Assembly: GCA_012729315.1 (NCBI GenBank)
Contig: JAAYDI010000004.1
Coordinates: 42,239 to 106,238, forward strand
Direction: 5' to 3'
Origin: Planctomycetaceae bacterium
Lineage (GTDB): Bacteria; Planctomycetota; Planctomycetia; Pirellulales; Pirellulaceae
DNA: 64,000 nucleotides
The notes beneath the pieces are model-generated. The model ran no database searches, was not told the origin of the DNA, and saw nothing but the letters and a program-made list of their open reading frames with translations. This document shows positions 41,699 to 51,357 of the stretch, in pieces (the stretch's first letter is position 1; the number at the start of each line of letters is the position of its first letter). The translations under genes and the position numbers were made by a program.

Positions 41699-41831
41699 AC
41701 GCCGGCGCGCCAACCTGCCCCCATCCATCCACCCCCGAGCGGGAGTTGCCGCAGTCCGCGCGGCAGCTAGAAATGTTTATTGGAGGATAGGGGGCAGGTG
41801 CTGCGGCTGGCTTCATATTGAGTGGCGTGCG

Positions 41832-42530
41832 ATGAGACTGAGTATTATTGTTTTCGTACTGTTGGTGATCTCCGCGTCGATGGCCTGTGGACGGACGCGG
41901 TGCGAGGACGGCCAAGTGGCGGACAAACAGTCGACGACACCGGAACGCAGGCCGCAGGCCGCAGGCCAGGCGGCCAAACCGGCTGGCGGAGAAGCCGCGC
42001 ATGCGGACCAGGACAAGGTGGTGCGGACCGAGCAGGAGTGGCGCAAGCTGCTGACCCGCGAGCAGTATCGTGTATTGCGGATGAAAGGCACGGAGCGTCC
42101 GTTCACCAACAAGTACGATCGGCATTTCGAGCCCGGCACATACGCTTGTGCCGCGTGTGGTCAGGAACTGTTCACGTCGGACACGAAGTTCAACTCCGGG
42201 TGTGGCTGGCCCGCTTTCTACGCGGCGAAGGCGGGGGACCGCGTGGCGTTGACGCCCGATCATTCGCTGGGCATGGTCCGGACCGAAGTCACGTGCGCCC
42301 GCTGCGACTCGCACCTGGGGCACATTTTCGACGATGCCCCGCAGACCCCCACCGGCCAGCGATTCTGCATCAATTCCGTGTCGCTCAAGTTCATTCCGGC
42401 GGAATCGAAGGAGCCCGCGCGCGAGGAGCGGGCCCGCGACCAGTCGCAGCCGGATACGGACAAGGCCAAAATCCAGGACCAGGGCCAGGACCAGGGCCAG
42501 GACGAAAACACGCCGCGCAGCGAATCCTGA
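41832..42530 (+). CDS. msrB: peptide-methionine (R)-S-oxide reductase with signal peptide and low-complexity extensions
   Basis: CAACGQELF, CGWPAF, RCDSHLGHIFDD and RFCINS, the MsrB zinc and catalytic motifs. The C-terminal tail contains QDQGQDQGQD. Confidence 0.85.
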   Translation: MRLSIIVFVLLVISASMACGRTRCEDGQVADKQSTTPERRPQAAGQAAKPAGGEAAHADQDKVVRTEQEWRKLLTREQYRVLRMKGTERPFTNKYDRHFEPGTYACAACGQELFTSDTKFNSGCGWPAFYAAKAGDRVALTPDHSLGMVRTEVTCARCDSHLGHIFDDAPQTPTGQRFCINSVSLKFIPAESKEPAREERARDQSQPDTDKAKIQDQGQDQGQDENTPRSES

Positions 42531-42536
42531 CCCCCG

Positions 42537-43991
42537 TCACGGCGCGGGTGGCAGTGGCGGGAACGTGACAGTGGCGGGGACGGCAAACTCCCCCTCCATG
42601 TCGTAGGGAAGACGGCGTACCACGGTCCCCTCGCGGTTCGCAAAGTAGATACAGGAGACCGACAACTTGTCGGTGTGACCATCGGCCCACAACATGGCGC
42701 AGGGCGAATCCGGCTCCGCGCCGATCACGTTGCGAACGTACGTGTGGTTGCGCGGACTGCCCCGCGTCACGTCCCGCACCTTGGCCCAGCTGATCCCTTC
42801 GTCGTGGCTGATCCAGAGGGCGATTTCGCCCCCGGTCCCCCAGCGCTGCGGCCCCGGCTCGGTGGGACCAGCGATCCGCCAGGTCCCGTCCGACTCGATC
42901 CACAGCGGGCCCATGTCGTAGTTGTGCGTCGAACGCGTCACGAAACGCGTCCGCCAGGTCCCGTCGCGATAGTGCAGCACTTCCCAATTGCGCGGGTCCC
43001 CGTCGGGTCCCGGCCGGTGACTGGATGACGCGACCAGCAGAATGGCCGGGTTTCCGGCGCGGTCGAGCGCGATGCTGTTGATGTACACCAGACGTTGCAC
43101 ATCAGAATAGGCTTTCACCAGCGCCGGGTTCTGCGGGGCGACCAGTGGTGGGGTGATGGTGGTGCCGTCGGCGGTCTGCCATGTCGCGCCGAGGTCACGG
43201 GTCTCGAGATAGTACAAGTCGGTACGGGTGTCCGGCGTGCCGCCCGGATGCCTGTTGAACGCGGTGACAATCCGGTGGCCTGACTGGCAGGAGACCTGGT
43301 AATGCCCGGCGATCCCGGCCAGTTTGCGGTCTTCACCGCGGGTCCCGTCGAATGCCCGCACGTTCCAGTACAGCTCGCGCCCGCCCGTGTACTTGGTGAA
43401 CAGCTCCAGGATGCCATCGCCCTCAACAGCCCACGGCTGCGGGTAACAGATTTCGTCCGCTGACACCTGTATGAAGCGATCGATATCGTAGGGCTCGACG
43501 CTCCGGTAGACGTACCCCGGTCGTGACCGGCCACGCCCCGACACATAGACCCACAAATGCCCCTGGTGATCGATCGTGAGCGAGGCGTTGTCGTGCGGAT
43601 CGTTCACCCCATGCTTGTCATGCAGGATTGTGGGACGCGGCACACGATCGTGCTGGTGGTCGTAGTAGGAGACCATGTTGTAGAGATACTGCTTCCCCTC
43701 CTTCGCGCCACCGTAGCAGAAGAACGTCTTCTGTACCTGGGGAGCGTAGATGGCGATTGGCACGTGGTCCGCCGTATACGTGCCCAGGCCGCCTGAGTAC
43801 TTGTCGCCGTATTCCCAGTACTTCGCCGGATCCTCCCGCAGCTCCGGCGCTGCGGAGTACTGTCCGAGGGTGAACCAGATGCCGCGGTAGCCGCTGTCCT
43901 TGGGCTTGCGTGCAGGGTCATCCTGAGGCCACGTCCCACCTGCCAAAACGCTCCACCAGACACACCACAACATGACTGCGAGATAGCACAT
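42537..43991 (-). CDS. secreted BNR/sialidase-like beta-propeller protein
   Basis: Signal peptide and repeated SxDxGxTW-like motifs (SHDEGISW, DLGATW). Confidence 0.55.
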   Translation of the reverse strand: MCYLAVMLWCVWWSVLAGGTWPQDDPARKPKDSGYRGIWFTLGQYSAAPELREDPAKYWEYGDKYSGGLGTYTADHVPIAIYAPQVQKTFFCYGGAKEGKQYLYNMVSYYDHQHDRVPRPTILHDKHGVNDPHDNASLTIDHQGHLWVYVSGRGRSRPGYVYRSVEPYDIDRFIQVSADEICYPQPWAVEGDGILELFTKYTGGRELYWNVRAFDGTRGEDRKLAGIAGHYQVSCQSGHRIVTAFNRHPGGTPDTRTDLYYLETRDLGATWQTADGTTITPPLVAPQNPALVKAYSDVQRLVYINSIALDRAGNPAILLVASSSHRPGPDGDPRNWEVLHYRDGTWRTRFVTRSTHNYDMGPLWIESDGTWRIAGPTEPGPQRWGTGGEIALWISHDEGISWAKVRDVTRGSPRNHTYVRNVIGAEPDSPCAMLWADGHTDKLSVSCIYFANREGTVVRRLPYDMEGEFAVPATVTFPPLPPAP

Positions 43992-44053
43992 GTTGATCCT
44001 CCAGAGTCCATGTTTCCCTCAGGTTAGCGAGTCCTCGCGGGGACGTCGACAAA

Positions 44054-45019
44054 CTAGCAGCCCACGCCGTTGACCACGTTCTGCGGCGCGCCCCGCAGGA
44101 AAGCGGCGACGTTCTCGGCCGTGATTGCCATCATGCGCCGGCGGGCCTCGCGCGTCGCCCAGGCGATGTGGGGAGTCAGCACGCAGTTGGCGGCGTGCAG
44201 CAACGGGTGATCTGGCGGGGGAGGTTCGGAGGACAGCACATCGAGCGCTGCGCCGGCCAGCACGCCGCGGTTGAGCGCGTCAGCCAGGTCAGGTTCGTGC
44301 ACCAGGCCGCCGCGCGCCGCATTGATCAGCAGGGCCGTCGGCTTCATGCGCGACAGCAGCGCGCGATTGACCATGCCCACGTTGGCGTCCGTCTGCGGGC
44401 AGTGCAGCGTCACCACGTCGGACTCCTCGAAGACCGTCTCGAGCGACTGCCAGCTGAACGGTTGGTAGTCTGGTTCGCTGCCGGGCTGCACGTCGTAGGC
44501 GAGCACTTCCATGCCGAGCGCATGGGCCAGAGCGCCGACGCGCCGGCCAATCCGGCCGAAGCCGACGATGCCGATGCGTTTCCCGGCGAGTTCACAGAGC
44601 GGGGTCTGCCAGAAGCAGAAGTCGGGCCCCTGCCATTGGCCCGCATGAATCAACTCATTGTGCAGGGCCACATGGTGGCAGAAGTGCAGCAGCACGGCCA
44701 ACACGTACTGGGCGACGCTGCCGGTACTGTATTCAGGCACGTTGGATACCGGAATTGCGCGCTGACGTGCCGCCGCGACGTCCACGATGTTATAACCAGT
44801 GGCTAGCACCGATATGTAACGCAGCCGTGGCAACTGCTGCAACGTCGTTGCCGTCAGAGGGGTCTTGTTGGTCAGGATGATATCCGCGCCGCTTGCCCGC
44901 TCGACGATCCGTGCCGCCGGGGTGCGATCGTAGACGACCAGTTCTCCCAACGCTTCCACCACCGTCCAGGGGTTGTCACCGGGATTGAGCGTGTATCCAT
45001 CCAGCACGACAATACGCAT
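44054..45019 (-). CDS. D-isomer-specific 2-hydroxyacid dehydrogenase (glycerate/hydroxypyruvate reductase-like)
   Basis: GxGxxG site (IGIVGFGRIGRRVG) and the catalytic R/E/H context. About 320 aa. Confidence 0.85.
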   Translation of the reverse strand: MRIVVLDGYTLNPGDNPWTVVEALGELVVYDRTPAARIVERASGADIILTNKTPLTATTLQQLPRLRYISVLATGYNIVDVAAARQRAIPVSNVPEYSTGSVAQYVLAVLLHFCHHVALHNELIHAGQWQGPDFCFWQTPLCELAGKRIGIVGFGRIGRRVGALAHALGMEVLAYDVQPGSEPDYQPFSWQSLETVFEESDVVTLHCPQTDANVGMVNRALLSRMKPTALLINAARGGLVHEPDLADALNRGVLAGAALDVLSSEPPPPDHPLLHAANCVLTPHIAWATREARRRMMAITAENVAAFLRGAPQNVVNGVGC

Positions 45020-45234
45020 GGCAACGCTCCTCGGAGGCGGCATTCTTGCGACCGCGATCAGCGACCATTACAATCGTCGAGCGCAGCGGCACACTGCGCG
45101 TGACGGTGTGCGCGAGCACACGGTTGTGCCACCAGGCGCCTGCATTGTAGCAGAATTGCCGGCGCCCAGAGGCCGGGCAGTCAAGGCCCCACAGTTCCCT
45201 CGCGGCGGCGGACGCGACAAGGACGCGACAAGCT

Positions 45235-45924
45235 ATGGACTATTCCTGCGAAGACCTTGCGAAGATGATCGACCATTCGCTGCTCCTGCCCGTCATGACG
45301 GACGAGGATCTGGAGAATGGGATCCAGGTGGCCATCCAATACGACGTGGCGTCGGTCTGTATCAAGCCCTACTACCTGAAACGCTGCGCCACGCTCCTGG
45401 CGGCTACGACGATCCGGCCCAGCACGGTGATCGGTTTTCCGCATGGTGGAAATGCCACCGCGATCAAGGTGGCCGAAGTGCGCCAGGCGCTGGCCGATGG
45501 CGGTGCCGAACTGGACTGCGTCGTGAACATCGGCAGAGTCCTGAGCGGGGACTGGGGGTACGTGCGGCAGGACCTGCAGGCGATGGCCGAGTGTGTGCAC
45601 GACGGCGGTGCGAAGATCAAGATCATCTTCGAGAACTGTTATCTCCAGGACCGGCACAAGATCAGGCTCTGCGAGCTGTGTGGCGAGCTTGGGGTGGACT
45701 GGGTGAAGACCTCCACCGGTTTCGGAACCGGCGGTGCGACGGTGGAAGACATCATGTTGATGCGCAAGTACGCTCCGCCACACGTGCAGGTCAAGGCAGC
45801 CGGTGGCGTGCGTACGCTCGATGCGCTCCTGACGTTCCGTGAATTGGGGATCACGCGTGCGGGAGCGACCCGGACGGTCGACATTCTGGAAGAATGCCGG
45901 CGGCGGCTGAGCGGGGCGCGATGA
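45235..45924 (+). CDS. deoC: deoxyribose-phosphate aldolase
   Basis: DeoC TIM-barrel motifs: Schiff-base Lys region (DWVKTSTGF), VIGFPHG and KAAGGVRT. Confidence 0.85.
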   Translation: MDYSCEDLAKMIDHSLLLPVMTDEDLENGIQVAIQYDVASVCIKPYYLKRCATLLAATTIRPSTVIGFPHGGNATAIKVAEVRQALADGGAELDCVVNIGRVLSGDWGYVRQDLQAMAECVHDGGAKIKIIFENCYLQDRHKIRLCELCGELGVDWVKTSTGFGTGGATVEDIMLMRKYAPPHVQVKAAGGVRTLDALLTFRELGITRAGATRTVDILEECRRRLSGAR

Positions 45925-46208
45925 TACCGTATCGTGCATCCGGCGGGTAACGTGAAGCGCAAAGGCCATAAAGGCCATCCTGCGGGCTACGGCTGTGCCC
46001 CGGGCGTTCCCCTGCTCTCTGGCCGGTCTGGCCAGCGGGCTGCTGGGGCCCGCCCGTGCACCTGCTCTGCTCACTCGTCCTCTGGATACAGGGGCGGCGT
46101 CCCTGCCGCGACAACCCGTTTGAGCGCCAGGCGCACGGCGAGACGGGCCGCGACGGGTAGTCGCCGCGCGCTACCCGCCGCGTGCCCAGTTGTTCCGTGC
46201 CAGCTCCC

Positions 46209-49200
46209 CTAGTTCGCTGCCGGCGCGGCCGTCAACTCCCGGCCGCTGGCGTTCGTCACCTCCACCCGGTAACCGTCAGGTGCCTGCACGCTGTACACCA
46301 GTTCGTCGCCGCGCCGTTCCCACTGCAGCTGGACCGGTCCGGCCGGGGTGGGGAGGCTGCCGCGACACCAGTCGAGTCGGACATCCGCCAGACGCACCTC
46401 GACGGTCTGATGTGGAATATCCATTCGGACAACCCCCAGCACATCGCGATAGAGCGTGTGCACGATGTGCGAGGCGAAGCCGTGGTTGCAGCTGGCGTAG
46501 GCGCCGTCGTTCTCCCAGAGTGTCCCCGTCCGCTCGGCCATGTACAGCAGGTAGGCTGTCGACTCGTCCAGAATCTGCTGCTGGTTTCCGTAACGCGACA
46601 GCAACTCGAATCGCAGCATGTTCCCGATGAACGAGTTGGCGACGTGCACGTCCCAGTGCGCCTTCGTCTCCTTGCGGCTGGGGCCGAACTCGTCGCGCAG
46701 CACGGTCCACAGCTGGCCATGTGTCTCGGGAGAGGCGACGTCGAAGAAGAACGCGAAGTACTGGCAGACTTCGCTGCGATTCCTGGTCACCTCCAGTTTC
46801 CCCTCCTTCCGTAGCGCGTTATCGACGAAGAACTGGCCGTCGAACGACTGCTGCCGAATGGCTTCACGGATCGTCTCAGCCTTGGCCTGCAGGTCGGGCA
46901 GGTCGTAGATCCGGCCGGCGGCCGCCAGGGCTGCGGCGTACAGCATGTTGCTGGGATAGTTCACATCCTGCACGAACTCGTTCGCCTTCGACCATTCGAC
47001 AAACACCCAGCTGGGGAGCTTTTCCAGTAGCCCGTCACTGTTCTCGTGGCCGGCGAAAAATGCGAACAGCTGCAGCACCTTCTCGCGCAGAGCGTCTACC
47101 GTGTGGCGATCACCACTGCGCTCCAGGTACTCCTCCAGCTGCACCACGAACCACAGTGACCAGTTGGGGATGAAGATCCCGTCGTTGTGGTCGGCCGGAT
47201 AGCACATGGGCAGCATGCCGGTCGGCAGGTACTCGAAGCGATCCGGCAGCAGGAAGTTCTCGAAGAAATTCTGCTCGACGAGCGTCGTGCCGGTCACGTC
47301 CCGGGCCACCCGCGATGTGAAGTAGCTGTCGCACAACCAGCCGGCTCGTTCGCGCGACGGGCAGTCCATGAACACATCCAGCACATTCTGGCGGAAGGTC
47401 TCGATGCCTGCCTTGTACAGCTCGTTCAGCTGGGGATCGCTGCACTCGAAGACCGCCTGCGTCGGATCCGGGTGCTTGTATTCCCGCAGGTGCACCTGCG
47501 TGACGCTGCAGGCCCCCTCCACGCAGATCAACTTGAGATACCGCAGGGTGTACGGTTCGATCGACTCCACGGTGTACGTCCCCGGATCCAGCTCGTAGCT
47601 CACCAGATTGACGCAGCCGAGACGCTTGAAGTCGACGTCCCCCTCCGTCAGGATCTCGTCGAACGCAAACCAGAGGCGGGACTTCTCCGCGCACTCGAGT
47701 GTACTCCCGATGAAGCCGGTCAGGTTGGTGCCAAAATCCAGGATCCGATAGGTTCCGGCGCTCAGCGCCACCGCCTCCGCCGGTTCGTACGGGCTGGCCA
47801 GCGGCTTGGATTCCTGGGAGCGCAGTGCCTGCATCTCCAGCGACGGGATGGTCTCCAACTGGTTCTCCGGATACCCCTTGAATTGCGGTCCGATGTTGAC
47901 CAGCGAGCGGTCCTTCCAGAGCTGGCCGGGCGGGTCCTGCTTCGTCATCTGTCCGGATGCCACATGCTGCACCGGATCGCGCATTTCGAATTGCGGGAGC
48001 AGCACGCGGCGCGGCAGCAACGGCTTGGCGGATACTTCCGACAGCTCCACCGAGTCCAGGATGGGAGCCGTGCTGTTGCGCCAGGCGTCAGTGCGGGGCG
48101 ACTGCCGATACACCTCGATAAATGCCCGCTGGAAACTGTACCGCTGCACACGCTGTACACGCGCTCCGGGGATCGTGGCGACGAAATCCAGCCCATCAGC
48201 GCCAGTGGCTGCCAATACCTCGTCCCGGTCCGTCACCACCTCGGCCTGCAGGAACGAGGGCTGATCGAGCGTGTTGTACGTGTTGACGTTGTAGCCGGCC
48301 ACTTCGATGGCCAGCACATTCTGGCCGGCACGCAGGTGGCGGGACAGATCCAGCACGTCCATCCGGTAATAGCCGTGCGGCCCGCGCGCCGGCCCGACGG
48401 CGACAAAGGAACCGTTGAGCCAGGCGCGATAGACTGTCGATGCGGCAATCTTCAAAGAGACACGCTGCTCCGGCTGGCTGGAGAAAATCGCCCGAAAACC
48501 GGTTGTCAGGTTCATCTCGGTCTCTCTGCCGGTGGGCCACACTGGCCGGGCCGACTGGAAAGCACACGGCTCCGCATCGGACGCCAAGGTCCGGAACCGT
48601 ACGTTGCGCAGAGCTCCGGTCGTGTTCCACGTGGCAATCCCCAGCGGCAGACACGGCTCCATCTCGCCCGTAACGTTCAGCTTGCGGTGCCCCGGCTCGA
48701 CGCCGCACAAGTACTTGTCATCCAGGTACGCCGACACTTTCTCGGGAGTCACCCGCAGGCGAATGTGATACCACTGGCCCGTCTTGAACTCCCGATACGT
48801 GCCCGTTTCGTTTTCTGCAGCTCGATTGCCGTCAATGCATGACAGGCCGACCACGCCGCCACCCCATCCACCCAGGATCAACGTCAGCGCGCCGTCGCCG
48901 ACAGGAAACGTCAGGCCACAGAAGAAGTCGTTCCCCTCGACGCGCCGACTCTCCAGCTCGAGTTCATAGTCGTAACGGGGGAACGCCCCGGTCCATCGAA
49001 CACCAGTGGCCGGTCGGCCCGACCCGATTACCAGGCACCCGTCCTGGACCTCCACTTGGCCGCCGTCCTCAAAATCGTAGCCGCTGGCAACTTCCCAGCC
49101 GGCCAGTGATTTGCCGTCGAACAGCGGAGTCCAGCCGCCATTCCCGTTCGAGGACGATTGCCGAGTGTCCGCCTCATGGTCCTGGGCCGTCAGGAGGCCG

Positions 49201-49259
49201 GATCCAGCAAATCCAGCAAATGTCAGGGCGATGACCAGTAGCACGCGAATCGATGTCAT
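46209..49259 (-). CDS. secreted DUF1080 (laminin-G-like) + GH78 alpha-L-rhamnosidase fusion
   Basis: Signal peptide, then a DUF1080-like segment (GWTPLFDGKSLAGWE). The remainder is organised like GH78: N-terminal beta-sandwiches, an (alpha/alpha)6 core and a C-terminal beta domain. Confidence 0.75.
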   Translation of the reverse strand: MTSIRVLLVIALTFAGFAGSGLLTAQDHEADTRQSSSNGNGGWTPLFDGKSLAGWEVASGYDFEDGGQVEVQDGCLVIGSGRPATGVRWTGAFPRYDYELELESRRVEGNDFFCGLTFPVGDGALTLILGGWGGGVVGLSCIDGNRAAENETGTYREFKTGQWYHIRLRVTPEKVSAYLDDKYLCGVEPGHRKLNVTGEMEPCLPLGIATWNTTGALRNVRFRTLASDAEPCAFQSARPVWPTGRETEMNLTTGFRAIFSSQPEQRVSLKIAASTVYRAWLNGSFVAVGPARGPHGYYRMDVLDLSRHLRAGQNVLAIEVAGYNVNTYNTLDQPSFLQAEVVTDRDEVLAATGADGLDFVATIPGARVQRVQRYSFQRAFIEVYRQSPRTDAWRNSTAPILDSVELSEVSAKPLLPRRVLLPQFEMRDPVQHVASGQMTKQDPPGQLWKDRSLVNIGPQFKGYPENQLETIPSLEMQALRSQESKPLASPYEPAEAVALSAGTYRILDFGTNLTGFIGSTLECAEKSRLWFAFDEILTEGDVDFKRLGCVNLVSYELDPGTYTVESIEPYTLRYLKLICVEGACSVTQVHLREYKHPDPTQAVFECSDPQLNELYKAGIETFRQNVLDVFMDCPSRERAGWLCDSYFTSRVARDVTGTTLVEQNFFENFLLPDRFEYLPTGMLPMCYPADHNDGIFIPNWSLWFVVQLEEYLERSGDRHTVDALREKVLQLFAFFAGHENSDGLLEKLPSWVFVEWSKANEFVQDVNYPSNMLYAAALAAAGRIYDLPDLQAKAETIREAIRQQSFDGQFFVDNALRKEGKLEVTRNRSEVCQYFAFFFDVASPETHGQLWTVLRDEFGPSRKETKAHWDVHVANSFIGNMLRFELLSRYGNQQQILDESTAYLLYMAERTGTLWENDGAYASCNHGFASHIVHTLYRDVLGVVRMDIPHQTVEVRLADVRLDWCRGSLPTPAGPVQLQWERRGDELVYSVQAPDGYRVEVTNASGRELTAAPAAN

Positions 49260-49509
49260 AACGCTGCGCAACCTATGCAGGAGATCGAGGTGTCGAAAGG
49301 CCGAACGCCGGGGGCGCGCGGAATACGCACTCGACGATAAACCACCGAGCAGCCTGCGGTCAACCAGCGAGAAAAATGTGCAGCCACGTGAGGGGAACCG
49401 GCGGTCCACGGCGATCAGAGGGCAGACCGTGCCTGCAGCAAGGACGGCAGGTCCTGCCAGCTGACCTGTCACCCCTGTTTACAGGAGTTCACTTCACAGG
49501 AGTTCACCT

Positions 49510-49815
49510 ATGTCCCCCGACAGCCACCACCCGCACTTCGCGCTGGGACGAATCCTGGCGACGCCAGGAGCACTCCAGGTGATCGAACACAGTGGCCAGA
49601 CCCCGGCCGACTTTCTGAGCCGGCATGCCCGGGGCGACTGGGGATGCATATCCGCCAGCGACCAACAGCTGAATGATCGGGCGATCGAATCTGGAGCGCG
49701 GATCCTGTCCGCTTACGAGACCCTCAACGGCGTTCGCCTCTGGATCATCACGGACGCTCAGGATGCGGCGGGCCATCGTGAAAGCACGACAATCCTGCTG
49801 CCACAGGAATACTAG
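49510..49815 (+). CDS. hypothetical small protein (101 aa)
   Basis: AGGAG 7 nt upstream, within a duplicated acaggagttcac motif. Balanced composition. C-terminal segment RLWIITDA...TTILLPQEY. No confident family assignment. Confidence 0.45.
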   Translation: MSPDSHHPHFALGRILATPGALQVIEHSGQTPADFLSRHARGDWGCISASDQQLNDRAIESGARILSAYETLNGVRLWIITDAQDAAGHRESTTILLPQEY

Positions 49816-50515
49816 CGGGCCACACGCGCCGATCGGCCGCCGCTGCCCCCCCGCCCACTCCCGGCCGCACGCCGGGCCGGATTGTCAGCAGCCCTCTTGT
49901 GGGGGTTGTTTCCGAAAGCCAAAATGGCGGGTACAGCTGTGCGGCTTCGGGCAGTGAAGCGCGCTAAACCGCCCATTCATCCCAAGCAGAATAAACGCGT
50001 GCTGGCTCCTGATTCGCGCACAATCGTTTCGCGCCATTGTTCGACACGTCGACAAGGCTTAACCTATACTAGTCAAAGCACTGTTCGTAACCTGAATATG
50101 CGTAACGTGTTTTGTGATTTTGTACAAACCGGGTGGTGGGCGTTGCAAGAACGCATGCGGTGCAGCGCTGGCCTTAGATTTGTCAAAATCGGCAAAATGC
50201 GCATTCAGGCACGTCACTTGCTGCCTAAAAGGCGGGTTGTTATAGATAGGGGTTTCCCGTCGGTCGGGAAATCTCGGCAACTTTCCCCCCCAAAGACTGC
50301 CGTTGGCCGGGTGAGGTTGGCGGTCAGTTCCAGCCTGTGTTTTCGTGCCGTGAGGGCACCAGGAATGTGCCAACAAGGAGGTGTGCCGTGGGACGGGTGA
50401 CCGAACCGTCAGCGGGACATCAACAGGGCCTCGAGTGGTGCTGTTCCTGGACAACTGTTGATTCTGTTGTTGTATGTTTCGAACTTCGCTCGAGCTTCTG
50501 GAGGTTGAAGTCACC

Positions 50516-51187
50516 ATGAGACGACGAGTTGTGTTGATGGCTACGATTGTATCCATCGTTGGGTTAGCTTTTCTATTGTTCGGCCTCGGCCCGGCGACGC
50601 AGGCATCGAGTGATGTAGCGTACGGTTGGGCGGCCACCACGTCTGCGGCGGCCACCACGTCGGCGCCCGCTACGACCTGTGCTCCGGCGACGACCTGTGC
50701 GCCGAAGACGACCTGTGCGCCGAAGAAGAAGTGCCGTGCGCCTCGCGTCCGCGATTGCGCTCCGGCGACGACCTGTGCTCCGAAGACCACGTGTGCTCCG
50801 AAGGCCAAGCGGGCTGCGAAGACCACGTGCGCTCCGAAGACCACGTGCGCTCCGAAGGTTGTCTGCGAGCCGGCTACTACCTGTGCTCCGAAGACGACCT
50901 GCGCTCCCAAGAAGGATCGCAATGGTCTGTTTGGCCGTCGCGCCAAGACGACTTGTGCGCCGGCCACCACCTGTGCTCCGAAGACCACCTGCGCTCCGGC
51001 TACCACCTGCGCCCCGGCTACGACCTGTGCGCCCGCGGCTGCGGACGATGTGGCTCCGGCCGACGCGGCTCCGGCTGAGGAAGCTCCGGCTGCCGAGGCG
51101 GCCGCCGAGGAAGCTCCGCCTGCTGAGCCGGCCCCTGAGGCTGCTGCTGAGCCGGCCGCTCCTGCCGAGCCCGCTCCCGCCGAGTAG
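50516..51187 (+). CDS. secreted Cys/Thr hexapeptide-repeat protein ((A/K)TTCAP)n with acidic Ala/Pro/Glu tail
   Basis: GGAGG 12 nt upstream. Sec signal MRRRVVLMATIVSIVGLAFLLFGLGPATQA. About 14 perfect TTCAP(A/K) units plus about 5 degenerate ones, 17 Cys in total. The tail is APAEEAPAAE-rich. A strong terminator follows. Confidence 0.75.
   Translation: MRRRVVLMATIVSIVGLAFLLFGLGPATQASSDVAYGWAATTSAAATTSAPATTCAPATTCAPKTTCAPKKKCRAPRVRDCAPATTCAPKTTCAPKAKRAAKTTCAPKTTCAPKVVCEPATTCAPKTTCAPKKDRNGLFGRRAKTTCAPATTCAPKTTCAPATTCAPATTCAPAAADDVAPADAAPAEEAPAAEAAAEEAPPAEPAPEAAAEPAAPAEPAPAE
50636..51037 (+). repeat. 18-bp coding tandem repeat array (acgacctgtgcNccNNNN)
   Basis: About 19 consecutive units visible in the DNA. 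The antisense strand reads AGAQVV repeats. Confidence 0.85.
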
Positions 51188-51285
51188 TACCTGCCGAGAG
51201 CTGGCTTCAAGTCCACTGCATGCGAAGCGTCAGGGTTGACGCGGCGAGATGTGGTGCAGTAGAAGATACTGATTAGTTGCCTAGA

Positions 51286-51326
51286 CAGCCCAGGTCGCAC
51301 GCAAGTTGGACCTGGGCTGTTTTTTG
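51286..51326 (+). terminator. Rho-independent terminator
   Basis: Stem cagcccaggtc / gacctgggctg (11 bp, GC-rich) with a 12-nt loop, followed by tttttt. Confidence 0.8.
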
Positions 51327-51357
51327 TCTCCAGCAGCGTGCAGGTGGGATCGCGGCA

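Noticed and set aside
50128-50150. sigma-54-like element (tggtgggcgttgcaag) upstream of the repeat gene
   Set aside because: GG-to-GC spacing is 10 rather than the 12 of TGGCAC-N5-TTGC. This does not meet the consensus.
50636-51037. Tandem 18-bp repeats considered as a possible CRISPR or other non-coding array
   Set aside because: The units are contiguous with no spacers and sit in frame inside an ORF with a signal peptide. It is a coding repeat, not CRISPR.
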